Positions 18,182 to 28,291 of a DNA stretch of 64,000 bases are shown here, in pieces. How positions within the stretch are numbered: position 1 is the stretch's first letter; every line of letters begins with the position of its first letter. Both the position numbers and the translations under genes were made by a program. Source of the stretch: Candidatus Kaiserbacteria bacterium (GTDB lineage: Bacteria > Patescibacteriota > Minisyncoccia > Phycocordibacterales > UBA2100). The notes beneath the pieces are model-generated. The model made no database searches. It had not been told where the DNA came from and saw only the letters and a program-made list of their open reading frames with translations. The stretch is taken from NCBI GenBank assembly GCA_963767115.1, contig CAVYCR010000003.1, forward strand, positions 109,377 through 173,376, written 5' to 3'.

Positions 18182-18610
18182 ATGGCAACCATACATCCGT
18201 GGATCAACTTCAACGGCAATGCCGAGGAAGCCTTTACTTTTTACCGATCGGTCTTTGGAGGTGAATTTACCAAGATCGTACGCTTCAAGGACATCGCGGG
18301 TGCAGGACCGCATGTATCAGAGACAGACGCCGAGAAGATAATGCTGATCGCATTGCCGATCGGCAACGGCGCTACGCTTTTCGCAAACGACGTGCCTTCG
18401 GCGATGGGCACCGTGAATGAGCAGGAAAATCGAAGCAAGATTCTAGTCAATGCAGCGAGCAAAGAAGAGGCCGATGCCATCTTCAACGGTCTCTCAAGCG
18501 GCGGGCAGGTAGAGGCTCCGATGAGCGAGAGCCCGTGGGGTACGTACTTTGGTATGTTTAGAGACAAATACGGCATCGAGTGGATGGTGGAATTCTCTGC
18601 CGCCGCATAA
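18182..18610 (+). CDS. PhnB/YjdN-like VOC (glyoxalase-fold) protein
   Basis: MATIHPWINFNGNAEEAFTFYRSVFGG...IEWMV matches the 3-demethylubiquinone-9 methyltransferase-like / PhnB family. Confidence 0.75.
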   Translation: MATIHPWINFNGNAEEAFTFYRSVFGGEFTKIVRFKDIAGAGPHVSETDAEKIMLIALPIGNGATLFANDVPSAMGTVNEQENRSKILVNAASKEEADAIFNGLSSGGQVEAPMSESPWGTYFGMFRDKYGIEWMVEFSAAA

Positions 18611-18645
18611 GCAATCTGCGCTTCTTTACAGTGCTCGGTCGGCTT

Positions 18646-19571
18646 TTATTTTATCGCGGCAATCTTGCATTCAGGCGAGCAGAAGGCCTTGCCCTGCTCA
18701 TCTCTGCACGCGTCGCAGGCCAGAAAGTGCAGATGGCACGTATCCTCTGCACAGTCGGCATAACGCTCCGACTTTGCTCCGCACAAACGGCAGCGTCCGA
18801 TGACTTCCCGCTCCGCTCCCTCTGCGCCGCCGAAGTCCATCGTGAGGCGCTGGTCGAAGGTGTAGAGCGTGCCTTGGAAATCCTTGCCCGGGAACTTCTC
18901 CATATACGTGTGGATGCCGCCGTCGAGCTGGCGCACATCCTTAAACCCTTTGTGCATCAAGTACGCTGACATCTTCTCGCAGCGCACACCACCGGTGCAG
19001 ACCGTGACGATCGTCTTTTCTTTGAGAGGTTCCAGCCTGCCCATGGCAAGCGGCAAATGCCGCGAAGCGGAAATGTCGGGCTGTATCGAATCTTTGAAAT
19101 GCCCCGACGCAAATTCGTAATTGTTGCGCATATCGACGACGACGAAGTCCTGCTTGCTCTCGTACCAATCACGCAGCTCTTCCACAGAAAGTTTCGGTGC
19201 AGTAGCGACGCGTGGGTCGGCCTCCTCGCTTGAGAGACCAGTCGAGACTATTTCGTCACGGACCTTGACCGAAAGCCGGGGAAGCTTTTGCCATTGCCCG
19301 CGCTTCTTTTGATCTGTGTGTCAGCAAAGAGCGACTCAGCAAGAAACCTCGCAGCGAATGCTTCGGTGTTGTGTACGGTCCCCTCCAGGGTCGCATTGAT
19401 TCCTTCAGCGGCTATGATGACGCGCCCGATGAGCGAAAATTCCGTCGCGAGCGATCTCATCTTTTGTGCCAATTCTTGGGGCGCGTCCACGTACGCGTAT
19501 TTGTAGAAAAGCAGTACCTGATATACATCAGACGCCATGGGTACCGATTGTATTTGCTCCCCTTGTAACAT
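18646..19571 (-). CDS. trhO: tRNA U34 hydroxylase TrhO (rhodanese-domain, UPF0176/YceA), split by a -1 frameshift near 19270-19280
   Basis: The N-terminal ORF (19248..19571) reads VLLFYKYAYVDAPQ...RVIIAAEGINATLEG. The C-terminal ORF (18646..19185) reads LRDWYESKQDFVVVDMRNNYEFASGHF plus a Cys-rich tail. Reading the other frame across the gap gives ...SVKVRDEIVSTGL..., the expected linker. One missing base in the ccggc/tttcgg run rejoins them. Confidence 0.8.
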
Positions 19572-19658
19572 CTCCGCACTATACCAAGTCTTTCAATTAT
19601 TGATATTGGTATGATTTTAGTTGGAAAGATTTTCTTTTATGTTATATAGTTTTACGGT

Positions 19659-20087
19659 ATGTCAAAGCTTACCTTTTCAGCCCCGTCCGGAGAGGTTCTC
19701 GAAAACCCAGAGCTAAGCGATATCAAGAAACTGATTCTGACCAAGGGCGAGCGATACTGGAATACGGGCTCCGGCGACGGCGGTTTCGATTTCTATTATG
19801 AGACCGGCAATGCAAACCTTCAATTGATATTCGACAAGAAATGGGGGTTTTATCTTCTCTACCGAGGAGCAGACAAGAAAAGCTATACTTCGTTTGGGCC
19901 AGGAGATTTCGATCATACCGTCTCTCCTGGTGTGGGCGGTGATCCGTTGCTCTTGCCAACAAAATTCTTCGTACCGCGCGAACGTGCCTGGGAAGCAGTG
20001 GAGGAATTTTGCAAGAGCGGTCAAAAGTCAGCAAAAATTACGTGGATGGACAATGCGAAGGTGAAATGGAATTACGGCGAAGAGTAA
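19659..20087 (+). CDS. hypothetical protein (142 aa)
   Basis: Composition is protein-like. No family recognised. Confidence 0.4.
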   Translation: MSKLTFSAPSGEVLENPELSDIKKLILTKGERYWNTGSGDGGFDFYYETGNANLQLIFDKKWGFYLLYRGADKKSYTSFGPGDFDHTVSPGVGGDPLLLPTKFFVPRERAWEAVEEFCKSGQKSAKITWMDNAKVKWNYGEE

Positions 20088-20138
20088 TGTTTACAGTATC
20101 GCGCGCTATATCCATACAACCTTTTGTGTCGCTCTTTC

Positions 20139-20753
20139 CTAGCGTGAAAGGTTTTCTTTGAGCCCAGCAAACATCGCTTCATCAGCAAGGTAATCAAACA
20201 TGCCCGGGAGCGCCGCCGGCAGCCACGTGTAATGCGTCGGCTCGGGGATGCGTAATCGCAAATGGAATGTCGTACTGCTCGCCGTATTGTTTTCCAAGAT
20301 GAGCGTCCAAGTAAAATTGCATTGGTCTCCCATGTAATTGATATTCGGTATCGAGCAATATTCGATGTACTGCCCGGGCGCTATCGCGAGCACGCGCAAA
20401 GCACCACCGCCAAAATCCGGGATCTGCTCGCCGACAGCGAGTGTCTGATATTGCGCAAGCGTCGTCGTTGCACTGTATTTACGCAAGAGATCTTCAAGCC
20501 ACATCGGCGCGTACCAGCCTGCGCGCTCTGAGCCGAGCTGTACTACCCACGGCCACACAGCAGCACTCGACGTCGCAAAGGTGGCAGCACGATCAATCGT
20601 CACCCACGGCTGGGGAAACATCTCATCGCCGGGCAGGGCCTCGGCGACTTGCGCCTCAGTCACACCTGAGCGAACGCCGAGCCTTACTATGAGAAACCCG
20701 AGCGCAACAAGGATTACTAGCAGGACTAGCCCGGCAATCAGAATTCTCTTCAT
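20139..20753 (-). CDS. membrane-anchored hypothetical protein
   Basis: The N-terminus MKRILIAGLVLLVILVALGFLIV is a transmembrane anchor, followed by a soluble domain. Confidence 0.4.
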   Translation of the reverse strand: MKRILIAGLVLLVILVALGFLIVRLGVRSGVTEAQVAEALPGDEMFPQPWVTIDRAATFATSSAAVWPWVVQLGSERAGWYAPMWLEDLLRKYSATTTLAQYQTLAVGEQIPDFGGGALRVLAIAPGQYIEYCSIPNINYMGDQCNFTWTLILENNTASSTTFHLRLRIPEPTHYTWLPAALPGMFDYLADEAMFAGLKENLSR

Positions 20754-20803
20754 TGGTATACATAGTACACCACTCATACCATTGTCGTTGAGCATCGAAA
20801 ATA

Positions 20804-22495
20804 GTGGCTTCCCTATTTATAGAACTTCATAAAAAGCTCGAAAATAAGCTGATTTTTGATACTATTGTACGCATGGACCCTGTAAGCGTGGCCGCACGAC
20901 ACTTCAGATTCACAGGGCGAGAATGGCGAACCATGGGAGTGCTCGCGCTCTCGTATCTCGCCGTCTTCTTTGCAAGCACTGCGCTCGTTGAACCTTTTGC
21001 CCAGCTCTACCCGGCTTCAGCCGTCGCGTTCTCGGTGCTCTTTTTTGGCGGCGCGCGAATCTTCCCGGCACTCTACCTGGCGGCGTTGGTCGGCGAGCTC
21101 ATCGTGCATGCGCCACTCTCCTTCGTCATCGTCATGCCGATTGCTATTACTTTGCAAGCGCTTGTTGGCGCATGGATATTGCGCGCATGCCGTCTCGACC
21201 CGCTCTTCCGCCGGTATGTTGACGTGCTCTTCGTACTCATCGCAATCGCCGCCGCATCTTTTGTGTCCCCCACCGGCACATCGCTTGCGGTTCTCTCAAG
21301 CGGCGGATCGTACCCGGTACAGGCGTGGTACTACGGCTACATAGCGTCTTTCTGTACGACACTCATCATCGCGCCTTTTATCTTACGATGGTTTGGGAAG
21401 CCACGCTTCAGTCGACTTCGTGTCGAGACTTTTGAAATCACCGGCGTCTTCGCTCTCCTCGGTGCGATACTCTTCGCCGTCTTTATCGAGAATATCTCGA
21501 CCGTCATCGGCATACCGCTTCTGTATTTCATTCTTGGACCGCTCTTCTGGATCGCACTTCGCTTGCGACCGCGTTTCCTCACCCTAGCGCTTCTCATCAC
21601 CGGCATCGCATCGCTCGGGAGCGTACTCGCCTACTCGCCAACGCTCGTGCTCACGCGCCACCTCTTCACCGACGAGATATTCTTGATCGCGCTTTCGATC
21701 AGCTTCTTCATCGTCGTAGCGCTCGAGGAAGAACGCCGCGTCAATACCAACAAAATGCATTCACAGCTCTCGACACTCGAAAACGCGATGACGCGCGTGC
21801 GCCAAGAGTCACAAGCCAAGAACGACTTCATAGCCATCCTCGCGCATGAGCTGCGCAATCCATTGGCACCGGTCCTCTCCGGTATCGAATTCCTCAAGCT
21901 CAAAGGCGCACGAGATGCCGACGAAATGGAGACGCTCATGGTCATGGATGACCGGATGATGACAGTGCGGCGCCTGCTCGACGACCTGCTCGACATCTCG
22001 CGCATCTCCGAGGGCAAGGTCGCGCTTGACAAGAAGAAAGTCAACCTTGAATCAATCGTCCGCCAGGCCATCCTGTCGACCGATCACTATCGCAAGGAGC
22101 GGCATCAATCACTGGCCTTTCGACCGCCCCAGAGCCCGCTCGAGATCGAAGGCGACACATTACGCATCGAGCAAATCTTCTCCAACCTGCTGGGGAATGC
22201 TTCCAAATACTCCAACTCCGGTGACCGCATCACGATCATCATCGGGGAGGTCAACGGCATGGCCGAAGTACGCATCATCGACGAAGGCGTCGGCCTGCGG
22301 CGCGAAGCGCTCGAGAGCATCTTCATGCCCTTCCAGCAGATAGAGCACGGCGAACGTAGCAAGCAGGGCCTCGGCATCGGGCTCGCGCTCGTGAAGACCT
22401 TTGCCGAACTGCACGGCGGCAGCGCAGAGGCCTTCAGCGACGGCCCGGGCAAGGGCAGCACCTTCATCATCCGCCTGCCGCTCATCAATAAATAA
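20804..22495 (+). CDS. sensor histidine kinase with polytopic N-terminal membrane sensor domain
   Basis: About 8 transmembrane segments, then HisKA (FIAILAHELRNPLAPV) and HATPase_c (GLGIGLALVKTFAELHGG). Confidence 0.8.
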   Translation: MASLFIELHKKLENKLIFDTIVRMDPVSVAARHFRFTGREWRTMGVLALSYLAVFFASTALVEPFAQLYPASAVAFSVLFFGGARIFPALYLAALVGELIVHAPLSFVIVMPIAITLQALVGAWILRACRLDPLFRRYVDVLFVLIAIAAASFVSPTGTSLAVLSSGGSYPVQAWYYGYIASFCTTLIIAPFILRWFGKPRFSRLRVETFEITGVFALLGAILFAVFIENISTVIGIPLLYFILGPLFWIALRLRPRFLTLALLITGIASLGSVLAYSPTLVLTRHLFTDEIFLIALSISFFIVVALEEERRVNTNKMHSQLSTLENAMTRVRQESQAKNDFIAILAHELRNPLAPVLSGIEFLKLKGARDADEMETLMVMDDRMMTVRRLLDDLLDISRISEGKVALDKKKVNLESIVRQAILSTDHYRKERHQSLAFRPPQSPLEIEGDTLRIEQIFSNLLGNASKYSNSGDRITIIIGEVNGMAEVRIIDEGVGLRREALESIFMPFQQIEHGERSKQGLGIGLALVKTFAELHGGSAEAFSDGPGKGSTFIIRLPLINK

Positions 22496-22564
22496 CGGCT
22501 GACTTGTGTGATTGTAGATAAAAACGTATAACTCTCTACAGAATAAATCAACGGAGATATCCAA

Positions 22565-23242
22565 ATGCTCATGGGGATACCACGAGACGAAGCTCACATG
22601 CTCATAAGGTTTGAGGAGATCGACATCGACGTCCCGACGCTCGTACGCGGAGCACGACGACCAATGTCGAGCTTGTACAGGCAAATCTCAGAGTATGAAG
22701 CGGCAATCGTACTAAACGAATCCGGTAAGTTTTTGACAATGTTTCGCGAAAGCGTTAAGACACTCATAAGATTTACGGATGCGCAAAACATTCAGCATAC
22801 GCTCCATGAAATAGGTCGCATCTATCAGCAACCCCACCTCAATTCGGGCATGCCGAGAGAATGGGTTCCAAACAAGAGACCTTACAGTCTTTCAGGAACC
22901 CGTAAGAAAATAATTGGTGCGAACGGCGTGTTGCAAATGGAGGATATCCTTACAGCCGCTCAAAGAGAGATGTGGGAGGAATTGAAAATTGATATCGGAA
23001 AAATAGACGCAGTATTGAAACCAGCAAATCAAGCGCCAGTATCTGATGAACATCCTTCCTCGATATACCCCGGACTCCGAGTATCAGAGCATATGACATT
23101 CGTAGACTGTTGGTTAGCAGAATGTCCTGTGGAATTACGATCACCTCCAGTGGCAGATGACGACCATACATTTATAATGTTTGAGTGGTCTCCGCCCTTT
23201 CACTTACTTGACGGCGTCGTGCTCAGTGCGCAGATCTCTTGA
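22565..23242 (+). CDS. NUDIX-hydrolase-like protein
   Basis: GVLQMEDILTAAQREMWEELKIDIG fits the Nudix box G-x5-E-x7-REuxEExGu. Confidence 0.45.
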   Translation: MLMGIPRDEAHMLIRFEEIDIDVPTLVRGARRPMSSLYRQISEYEAAIVLNESGKFLTMFRESVKTLIRFTDAQNIQHTLHEIGRIYQQPHLNSGMPREWVPNKRPYSLSGTRKKIIGANGVLQMEDILTAAQREMWEELKIDIGKIDAVLKPANQAPVSDEHPSSIYPGLRVSEHMTFVDCWLAECPVELRSPPVADDDHTFIMFEWSPPFHLLDGVVLSAQIS

Positions 23243-23329
23243 AGAACCCGGCGAAAACCGGGTTCTTTTCTTTTTGCCTTATACACCGCCCCGTATTGAA
23301 TCTCGCGCCGTTTCTTATATACTAGGGAG

Positions 23330-23698
23330 GTGAAAAAGGTACTGATCGCCGAAGATGATTCTTTCCTCTCATCACTCCTGATACAGGATCTCAAAGTGAT
23401 CGGCTTTGATCTGATGACCGCCTTCGACGGCAACGAAGCGCTTGAGCGCATCCACTCGTGGCACCCCGACATGATCCTGCTCGACCTCGTCATGCCCAAC
23501 AAAGACGGCTTCGCCGTGATGGAGGAGCTGCACAAGGACACCGGCGAGGCTTCCAAGATCCCTATACTCGTGCTCTCCAACCTCAGCAAGGAGTCAGACG
23601 TGGCCAAGGCCAAGCAATACGGCGCAGTCGACTTCATGGTGAAGGCCAACACCACCCCGCACGACATAGCTGAGCGAATCAAGAAGATACTTTCTTAG
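23330..23698 (+). CDS. single-domain response regulator (CheY-like receiver)
   Basis: VLIAEDD...ILLDLVMPNKDGF...ILVLSNL...KPF is a canonical REC domain. Confidence 0.85.
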   Translation: MKKVLIAEDDSFLSSLLIQDLKVIGFDLMTAFDGNEALERIHSWHPDMILLDLVMPNKDGFAVMEELHKDTGEASKIPILVLSNLSKESDVAKAKQYGAVDFMVKANTTPHDIAERIKKILS

Positions 23699-23702
23699 CG
23701 CC

Positions 23703-24851
23703 ATGAGCGAGACACGCGTCATCACGACCGTGAAGGAAAAGAAGGCCGGTATGCGCTTGTTCTTTTCGATATATTTCAAGATCGCTTTGACGATCATTTG
23801 TGCGCTTGCACTGCCTCTCTTGCTTGCGGCCGTGCTGCCAAGCCAATGGTTCGCGACGAGCAGCTTTCATCCGTGGTTTATCTTCCTTTGGACTACGCAA
23901 CTATCTCTGGGTGCTCATACACTCCGGCTTTATTACCTGGCGCTCGCGCTCCTTGGCTTCGTCTGCTTCGCATTCGTCATGCTCGATATCTATGCGCTCT
24001 ATATGCGCCCGCTTGCGATACTGCACTCATGGGTGCAAATGGTGCGTGACGGCGCACATCCGCTCACACCAGAGCTTGCGCGCGACGAGGTAGGCGCCCT
24101 CGGGATAGAAATCAGCTCGCTCGTCGCCTCTTACATGGAGACGCGTGAGCTCAACACCGACCTCGCCGAGCAAAAATCGCTTTTCACGACGATCATGGCG
24201 CACCAGCTGCGCACGCCGCTCACGGGCCTCATCTGGAGCATCGATGCGCTTCTCAACCCCGCCACACAGGAAGAGCAGCGCAAGAAGATGCTCACCGACG
24301 TCGACATGCTCCTCAAGCGCATGCGGCTCATCATCAACCACATCCTCGCTGCCGCCAACGTCGAGAGCGAGCACTTCGGGTTCGTCATGACGGAGACCGA
24401 CCTCGCGCCGATCGTCGAGAAGCTGGTCGAAGGGTTCAAGCCCATAGCACAGGATCGCTCGCTCACGCTTGCCTTTGACCATCCCGACAACCTCCCCGTG
24501 GTGTACGCAGACGGAGAGCGCATCTCGATCGCGCTTTTCGACTTGCTCTCCAACGCGATCGACTATACGCCCAAAGGCGGCACGGTGACGGTCTCGCTCC
24601 TGCCTGGCAAGGACCGTGTAAGCGTCTCGGTCAGCGACACGGGGATCGGGATCCCTTCAAATGAATTACCGCTCCTCTTCAACAAGTTTTATCGCGGAGA
24701 GAACGCGCGGCATATGCGCGCCAATGGCACCGGCCTCGGACTCTATCTCGTCAAACAGATCATCACCGCGCACGCGTCAGAAATTTCTGTACAATCCAAT
24801 TCTAAAGGATCACGCTTCTCGTTTTATTTGAGTACAAAGAAACCAGTGTAG
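23703..24851 (+). CDS. sensor histidine kinase
   Basis: Transmembrane N-terminus, HisKA (LFTTIMAHQLRTPLTGL) and HATPase_c (GTGLGLYLVKQII). It starts 5 nt after the receiver gene stop. Confidence 0.85.
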   Translation: MSETRVITTVKEKKAGMRLFFSIYFKIALTIICALALPLLLAAVLPSQWFATSSFHPWFIFLWTTQLSLGAHTLRLYYLALALLGFVCFAFVMLDIYALYMRPLAILHSWVQMVRDGAHPLTPELARDEVGALGIEISSLVASYMETRELNTDLAEQKSLFTTIMAHQLRTPLTGLIWSIDALLNPATQEEQRKKMLTDVDMLLKRMRLIINHILAAANVESEHFGFVMTETDLAPIVEKLVEGFKPIAQDRSLTLAFDHPDNLPVVYADGERISIALFDLLSNAIDYTPKGGTVTVSLLPGKDRVSVSVSDTGIGIPSNELPLLFNKFYRGENARHMRANGTGLGLYLVKQIITAHASEISVQSNSKGSRFSFYLSTKKPV

Positions 24852-24857
24852 GCACGA

Positions 24858-24973
24858 GTGGCCACCTAGGAGCGCAAGCATTTTGGGGTCTTTGCAGCGC
24901 GGCGGCGCGAAACAGAGGGATTTTCTAGCAAGAAAATCCCGACCCCAAAATGCTTGCGCTCCTAGGTGGCCAC
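24858..24973. repeat. long perfect palindromic element, family B: 33-bp stems (24858-24890 / 24941-24973), 50-nt loop
   Basis: gtggccacctaggagcgcaagcattttggggtc and its exact reverse complement flank the loop tttgcagcgcggcggcgcgaaacagag-gggattttctagcaagaaaatccc. It sits between the stops of the convergent HK (+) and GH15 (-) genes. Confidence 0.85.
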
Positions 24974-24979
24974 GCAGAA

Positions 24980-26047
24980 TTATCTCAACATTTCACGTTG
25001 GTTTACCTCATGCAAAGCAACGATAAAAAGGCTCTCGCTCCAACCGAGCGGCGTGTTGTCGTTGTATTTCGTTGAGTTGGAATAATAGAGCTCCGGCTGG
25101 CCTTTGCTGGTCGCGGTGGCCTTCGCCATTTCGAGATATTCCTGCGCCTTAGTATGCTCTCCGAGCTTCTCGTAGATGATCGCAAGCCAGCTCAAGCCGA
25201 AGGTCCATTCTGCTTCTTCCGACCATCCGTCTTCGTTCTTGTTGTAGTAGCGGTCGCCCTTGTAGCGGATCACGCCGCGTTCGCGCAGGAGATGATATTC
25301 GACATGCTCGAGAATCGTTTTACTCTCCTCGGGCGACGTGACGCCATACGGCCAGATGAGCGACAGGAGTGCGAGGTCGACGAACTTGGCCTTCGACTCG
25401 CGCGGGAGCATGCGCGTGAGCGTTTCTTCACCTTTGGCTATCAACTCTTCCGGCACGTCGATCCCCTCTATGCTACGGATCATCTTCAGGCCCGCGAGAC
25501 ACGCGCCGACCGAAGAAGCATGCAGCTCCTGGTTTTCTTCCCACATGCCGGAGTCGGGATCATTCCAATACTCGAGTGTCGAGAGATACCACACGAGCTT
25601 CTGCAAGACACGCCTGTCGTCATCGTCGAGCGCGAGCGCTCCCGGCCGCGCGTTCTCGAGCTCGCCGATCTTGAAGAGAATGCAGCCGATCGAATCGTTC
25701 TGCTTGTTGCCCCATTCTTCCCAATATTCGTCGAAGGTCTCCGGGTGATAGCGCGGATGAATGTACTGATGCGTATGCTCGGGCTTCGCGCTGATCGCAT
25801 GGTCGATCTTGTACTCGTGCTTCTTGAAGATGTCGAGGATCGCGCGGTAGGTCTTGCGGACGGTGTCGAAGTCGCCGACCACCTCGAAGGCGAGGCATTC
25901 ATAAAAGTTGTCGCGCAGCCACGCCTTGTCATACCCCGTCCCCACCTCTTTGCGAGATGCCGCAAAAAGCCCCGAATCGTACTGCAGGTCCTTCAAGATC
26001 TGCAGATGTTGCTCCAGGAGCTTATCGTAGATCGCGCTTTGTGCCAT
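24980..26047 (-). CDS. glycoside hydrolase family 15-like (glucoamylase/trehalase-type (alpha/alpha)6 barrel)
   Basis: GYDKAWLRDNFY and ...WEENQELHASSVGACLAGL... are hallmarks of GH15. Confidence 0.65.
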   Translation of the reverse strand: MAQSAIYDKLLEQHLQILKDLQYDSGLFAASRKEVGTGYDKAWLRDNFYECLAFEVVGDFDTVRKTYRAILDIFKKHEYKIDHAISAKPEHTHQYIHPRYHPETFDEYWEEWGNKQNDSIGCILFKIGELENARPGALALDDDDRRVLQKLVWYLSTLEYWNDPDSGMWEENQELHASSVGACLAGLKMIRSIEGIDVPEELIAKGEETLTRMLPRESKAKFVDLALLSLIWPYGVTSPEESKTILEHVEYHLLRERGVIRYKGDRYYNKNEDGWSEEAEWTFGLSWLAIIYEKLGEHTKAQEYLEMAKATATSKGQPELYYSNSTKYNDNTPLGWSESLFIVALHEVNQREMLR

Positions 26048-26146
26048 GCATATATTATACACACCTGTAATAAACGATCCTGCAGAGAGGTATTATTAAT
26101 CGAAGATTAATGAAGTATCTTATTTATAAAAATACATTACAGGGAT

Positions 26147-28243
26147 ATGCACTTTCATATGTATCGCGCTCTTAGATCTGTTTCGCTTTTAGTCATTTCA
26201 AGTAGCGTCGCGCTTTTTGCACCACTGGCCTTCGCGTACGCGGATGTCTCGGTTTCTATCCAGTCGCTCTCGCCCAGCAACACTGTGACAGTCGGAACGA
26301 CGGTCTCTTTCTCGGTCACGGAGACTGGCTTCACCAACCCGACCTACACGATCACGGACCCGACAAGCGGCAGCAGTATCACGACCAACGACATCAACTC
26401 AAGCGGCAACTTCTCATGGACGCCCGAGAGCATCGACGTGGGTACGCACAGCCTTACGATCACCGTAAACGACGCGCAGGGTGACACTGCAAACACACAG
26501 GAATCTATTACCGTCAATCCGACGCCTACTCTTACCCTAGGCTCGCTTTCGCCGGGAACCTCTATCACTGCCGGGCAGACAGTAAGCTTCGCTGCGACCA
26601 CCAACGGCTTCACCAACCCAACTTTTAGCGTCAGTGATTCGCTCAATGGTTCGTCAGTATCCAACAACGACATCAATCCCTCCACTGGTGCCTTCTCCTG
26701 GACACCGGCAAGCAATCAAACGGGTACGCACACGATCACGATGTATGCGACAGATGCACTCGGACACAGCGCAAACGCAACTGAGACGATCATCGTCGGT
26801 TCGACGCCTGTGGTCGCGATACAATCACTCTCGCCGGGCTCGAGCGTGGGCGTCGGCCAAAACGTGACCTTTACCGCACTTGCATCCAACTTCAACGACC
26901 CTTCGTATACCGTAAGCGACACCTTCGGCAATAGTTCAGTCTCAGACAACAATATCAACTCTTCAGGCCAATTCTCGTGGACACCGGAGACGAGCGACAT
27001 CGGCACGCATACGATCACCGTGACGGTCAACGATGCATCCGGTCATAGTTCGACTGCGACGCAGACGATCACGGTCTCGAGCAGCAGCGTGGTGAGCGGC
27101 ACCGGCGGCGCGACCGTACAAGGTCTTTCGCCCGGCACCAATGTAATAATCGGCCAGCCTGTCTCCTTCACTGTCGCTGCATCCGGCTTCAGTAATCCCG
27201 TCTTTAGCGCGCAAGATTCTTTCTCTGGTTCGACTATGACTGGGAGCGACATCAATTCCGCTGGCTATTTCTCATGGACACCTACCAGCTCTGACACAGG
27301 GACGCACACCATCACTGTCTACGTGAATGACTCTTCGGGCCATACCGGCAATGTGACGCTTCAGCTCACCGTCAATCAGCCAAACATTACCATCACCTCG
27401 ATCAACCCGGGCACGACCGTCCTTGAGAATTCCCTGCTCACCTTCAACGTGACGCCCGCAGGCTTCACCAATCCGACCTACACGCTTTCGGATTCTTTCA
27501 GCGGCACAACGATCAGTACTTCAAACATCAACTCTTCGGGTCAGTTCTCATGGACGGCGCTTGCGAGCCAAGTGGGTACGCATACGATCACCGTCTCGGC
27601 GACCGATGCCTCGGGACACAACACCACGACGCAGCTCGTCATCGACGTGACGGCGAGCGGTACGGCAGTCACGCCGACCACGACAAGCAGCGCTTCCCTG
27701 AGCACGCTCGAGACGGAGCTCGCACAAGCCGAAGCTGCGCTCCAAGCTGCGCAAGGGACGAGCGGATCGTCAGCAACGAGCCAGCTCACCGAGAACCTCT
27801 CTTTCGGCATGACCGACGACCAAGTAACGACACTGCAAAACCTGCTCGCAGCGCACGGCTATTTCTCGGGCACGGCGACGGGCTATTTCGGAGGACAGAC
27901 ACAGGCCGCCGTGGAGAGATTCCAGAGCGCAAACGGCATCAGTCCGATCGGCATCGTGGGCCCTGCGACGCGCGAAGCGCTCAACAGCCTGAGTACCACC
28001 GCGACTGCGAGTACTTCGACCGGTGACGGCTATGTATTCTCCAACTTCATCGGCATGGGTAGCACAGGCACCGACGTGACCGAACTGCAAAAGCGCCTCA
28101 CCGCGCTCGGCTTTTACTCCGGCCCAGTCACCGGCACCTTCGGCTCACTCACCCAGGCGGCGGTCAAGGCATTCCAAGCCGCCCACGGCATCACCCAAGC
28201 CGGCTACGTCGGCCCGGGCACGCGTGCGGCCTTGAATCAGTAA
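26147..28243 (+). CDS. secreted surface protein: signal peptide, six about 100-aa Ig-like repeats, two C-terminal peptidoglycan-binding (PG_binding_1) domains
   Basis: The repeat SLSPGxxVxxGQxVSFxxxxxGFxNPxYxxSDSxxGSSxxxxDINSSGxFSWTPxxxDxGTHTITV occurs six times. The C-terminus has TTLQNLLAAHGYFSGTATGYFGGQTQAAVERFQ and TELQKRLTALGFYSGPVTGTFGSLTQAAVKAFQ. Confidence 0.75.
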   Translation: MHFHMYRALRSVSLLVISSSVALFAPLAFAYADVSVSIQSLSPSNTVTVGTTVSFSVTETGFTNPTYTITDPTSGSSITTNDINSSGNFSWTPESIDVGTHSLTITVNDAQGDTANTQESITVNPTPTLTLGSLSPGTSITAGQTVSFAATTNGFTNPTFSVSDSLNGSSVSNNDINPSTGAFSWTPASNQTGTHTITMYATDALGHSANATETIIVGSTPVVAIQSLSPGSSVGVGQNVTFTALASNFNDPSYTVSDTFGNSSVSDNNINSSGQFSWTPETSDIGTHTITVTVNDASGHSSTATQTITVSSSSVVSGTGGATVQGLSPGTNVIIGQPVSFTVAASGFSNPVFSAQDSFSGSTMTGSDINSAGYFSWTPTSSDTGTHTITVYVNDSSGHTGNVTLQLTVNQPNITITSINPGTTVLENSLLTFNVTPAGFTNPTYTLSDSFSGTTISTSNINSSGQFSWTALASQVGTHTITVSATDASGHNTTTQLVIDVTASGTAVTPTTTSSASLSTLETELAQAEAALQAAQGTSGSSATSQLTENLSFGMTDDQVTTLQNLLAAHGYFSGTATGYFGGQTQAAVERFQSANGISPIGIVGPATREALNSLSTTATASTSTGDGYVFSNFIGMGSTGTDVTELQKRLTALGFYSGPVTGTFGSLTQAAVKAFQAAHGITQAGYVGPGTRAALNQ

Positions 28244-28253
28244 TAAAAAAAAT

Positions 28254-28279
28254 ACCCGCGGAGCTTTTGTTCCGCGGGT
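28254..28279. terminator. bidirectional intrinsic terminator (acccgcgga-gcttttgt-tccgcgggt) flanked by A-run/T-run
   Basis: It lies between the convergent stops of 26147..28243 (+) and 28292..29284 (-). Confidence 0.65.
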
Positions 28280-28291
28280 AAAAAGTTCAGT

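Noticed and set aside
25154-26110. Long antisense ORFs opposite GH15 (25154..26110), the ABC genes (30427..31155, 32368..32889), the HK (21631..22071) and the giant genes (many 60-140 aa ORFs).
   Set aside because: They overlap strongly supported genes on the other strand and have skewed Arg/Ser/Pro composition typical of antisense GC-rich sequence.
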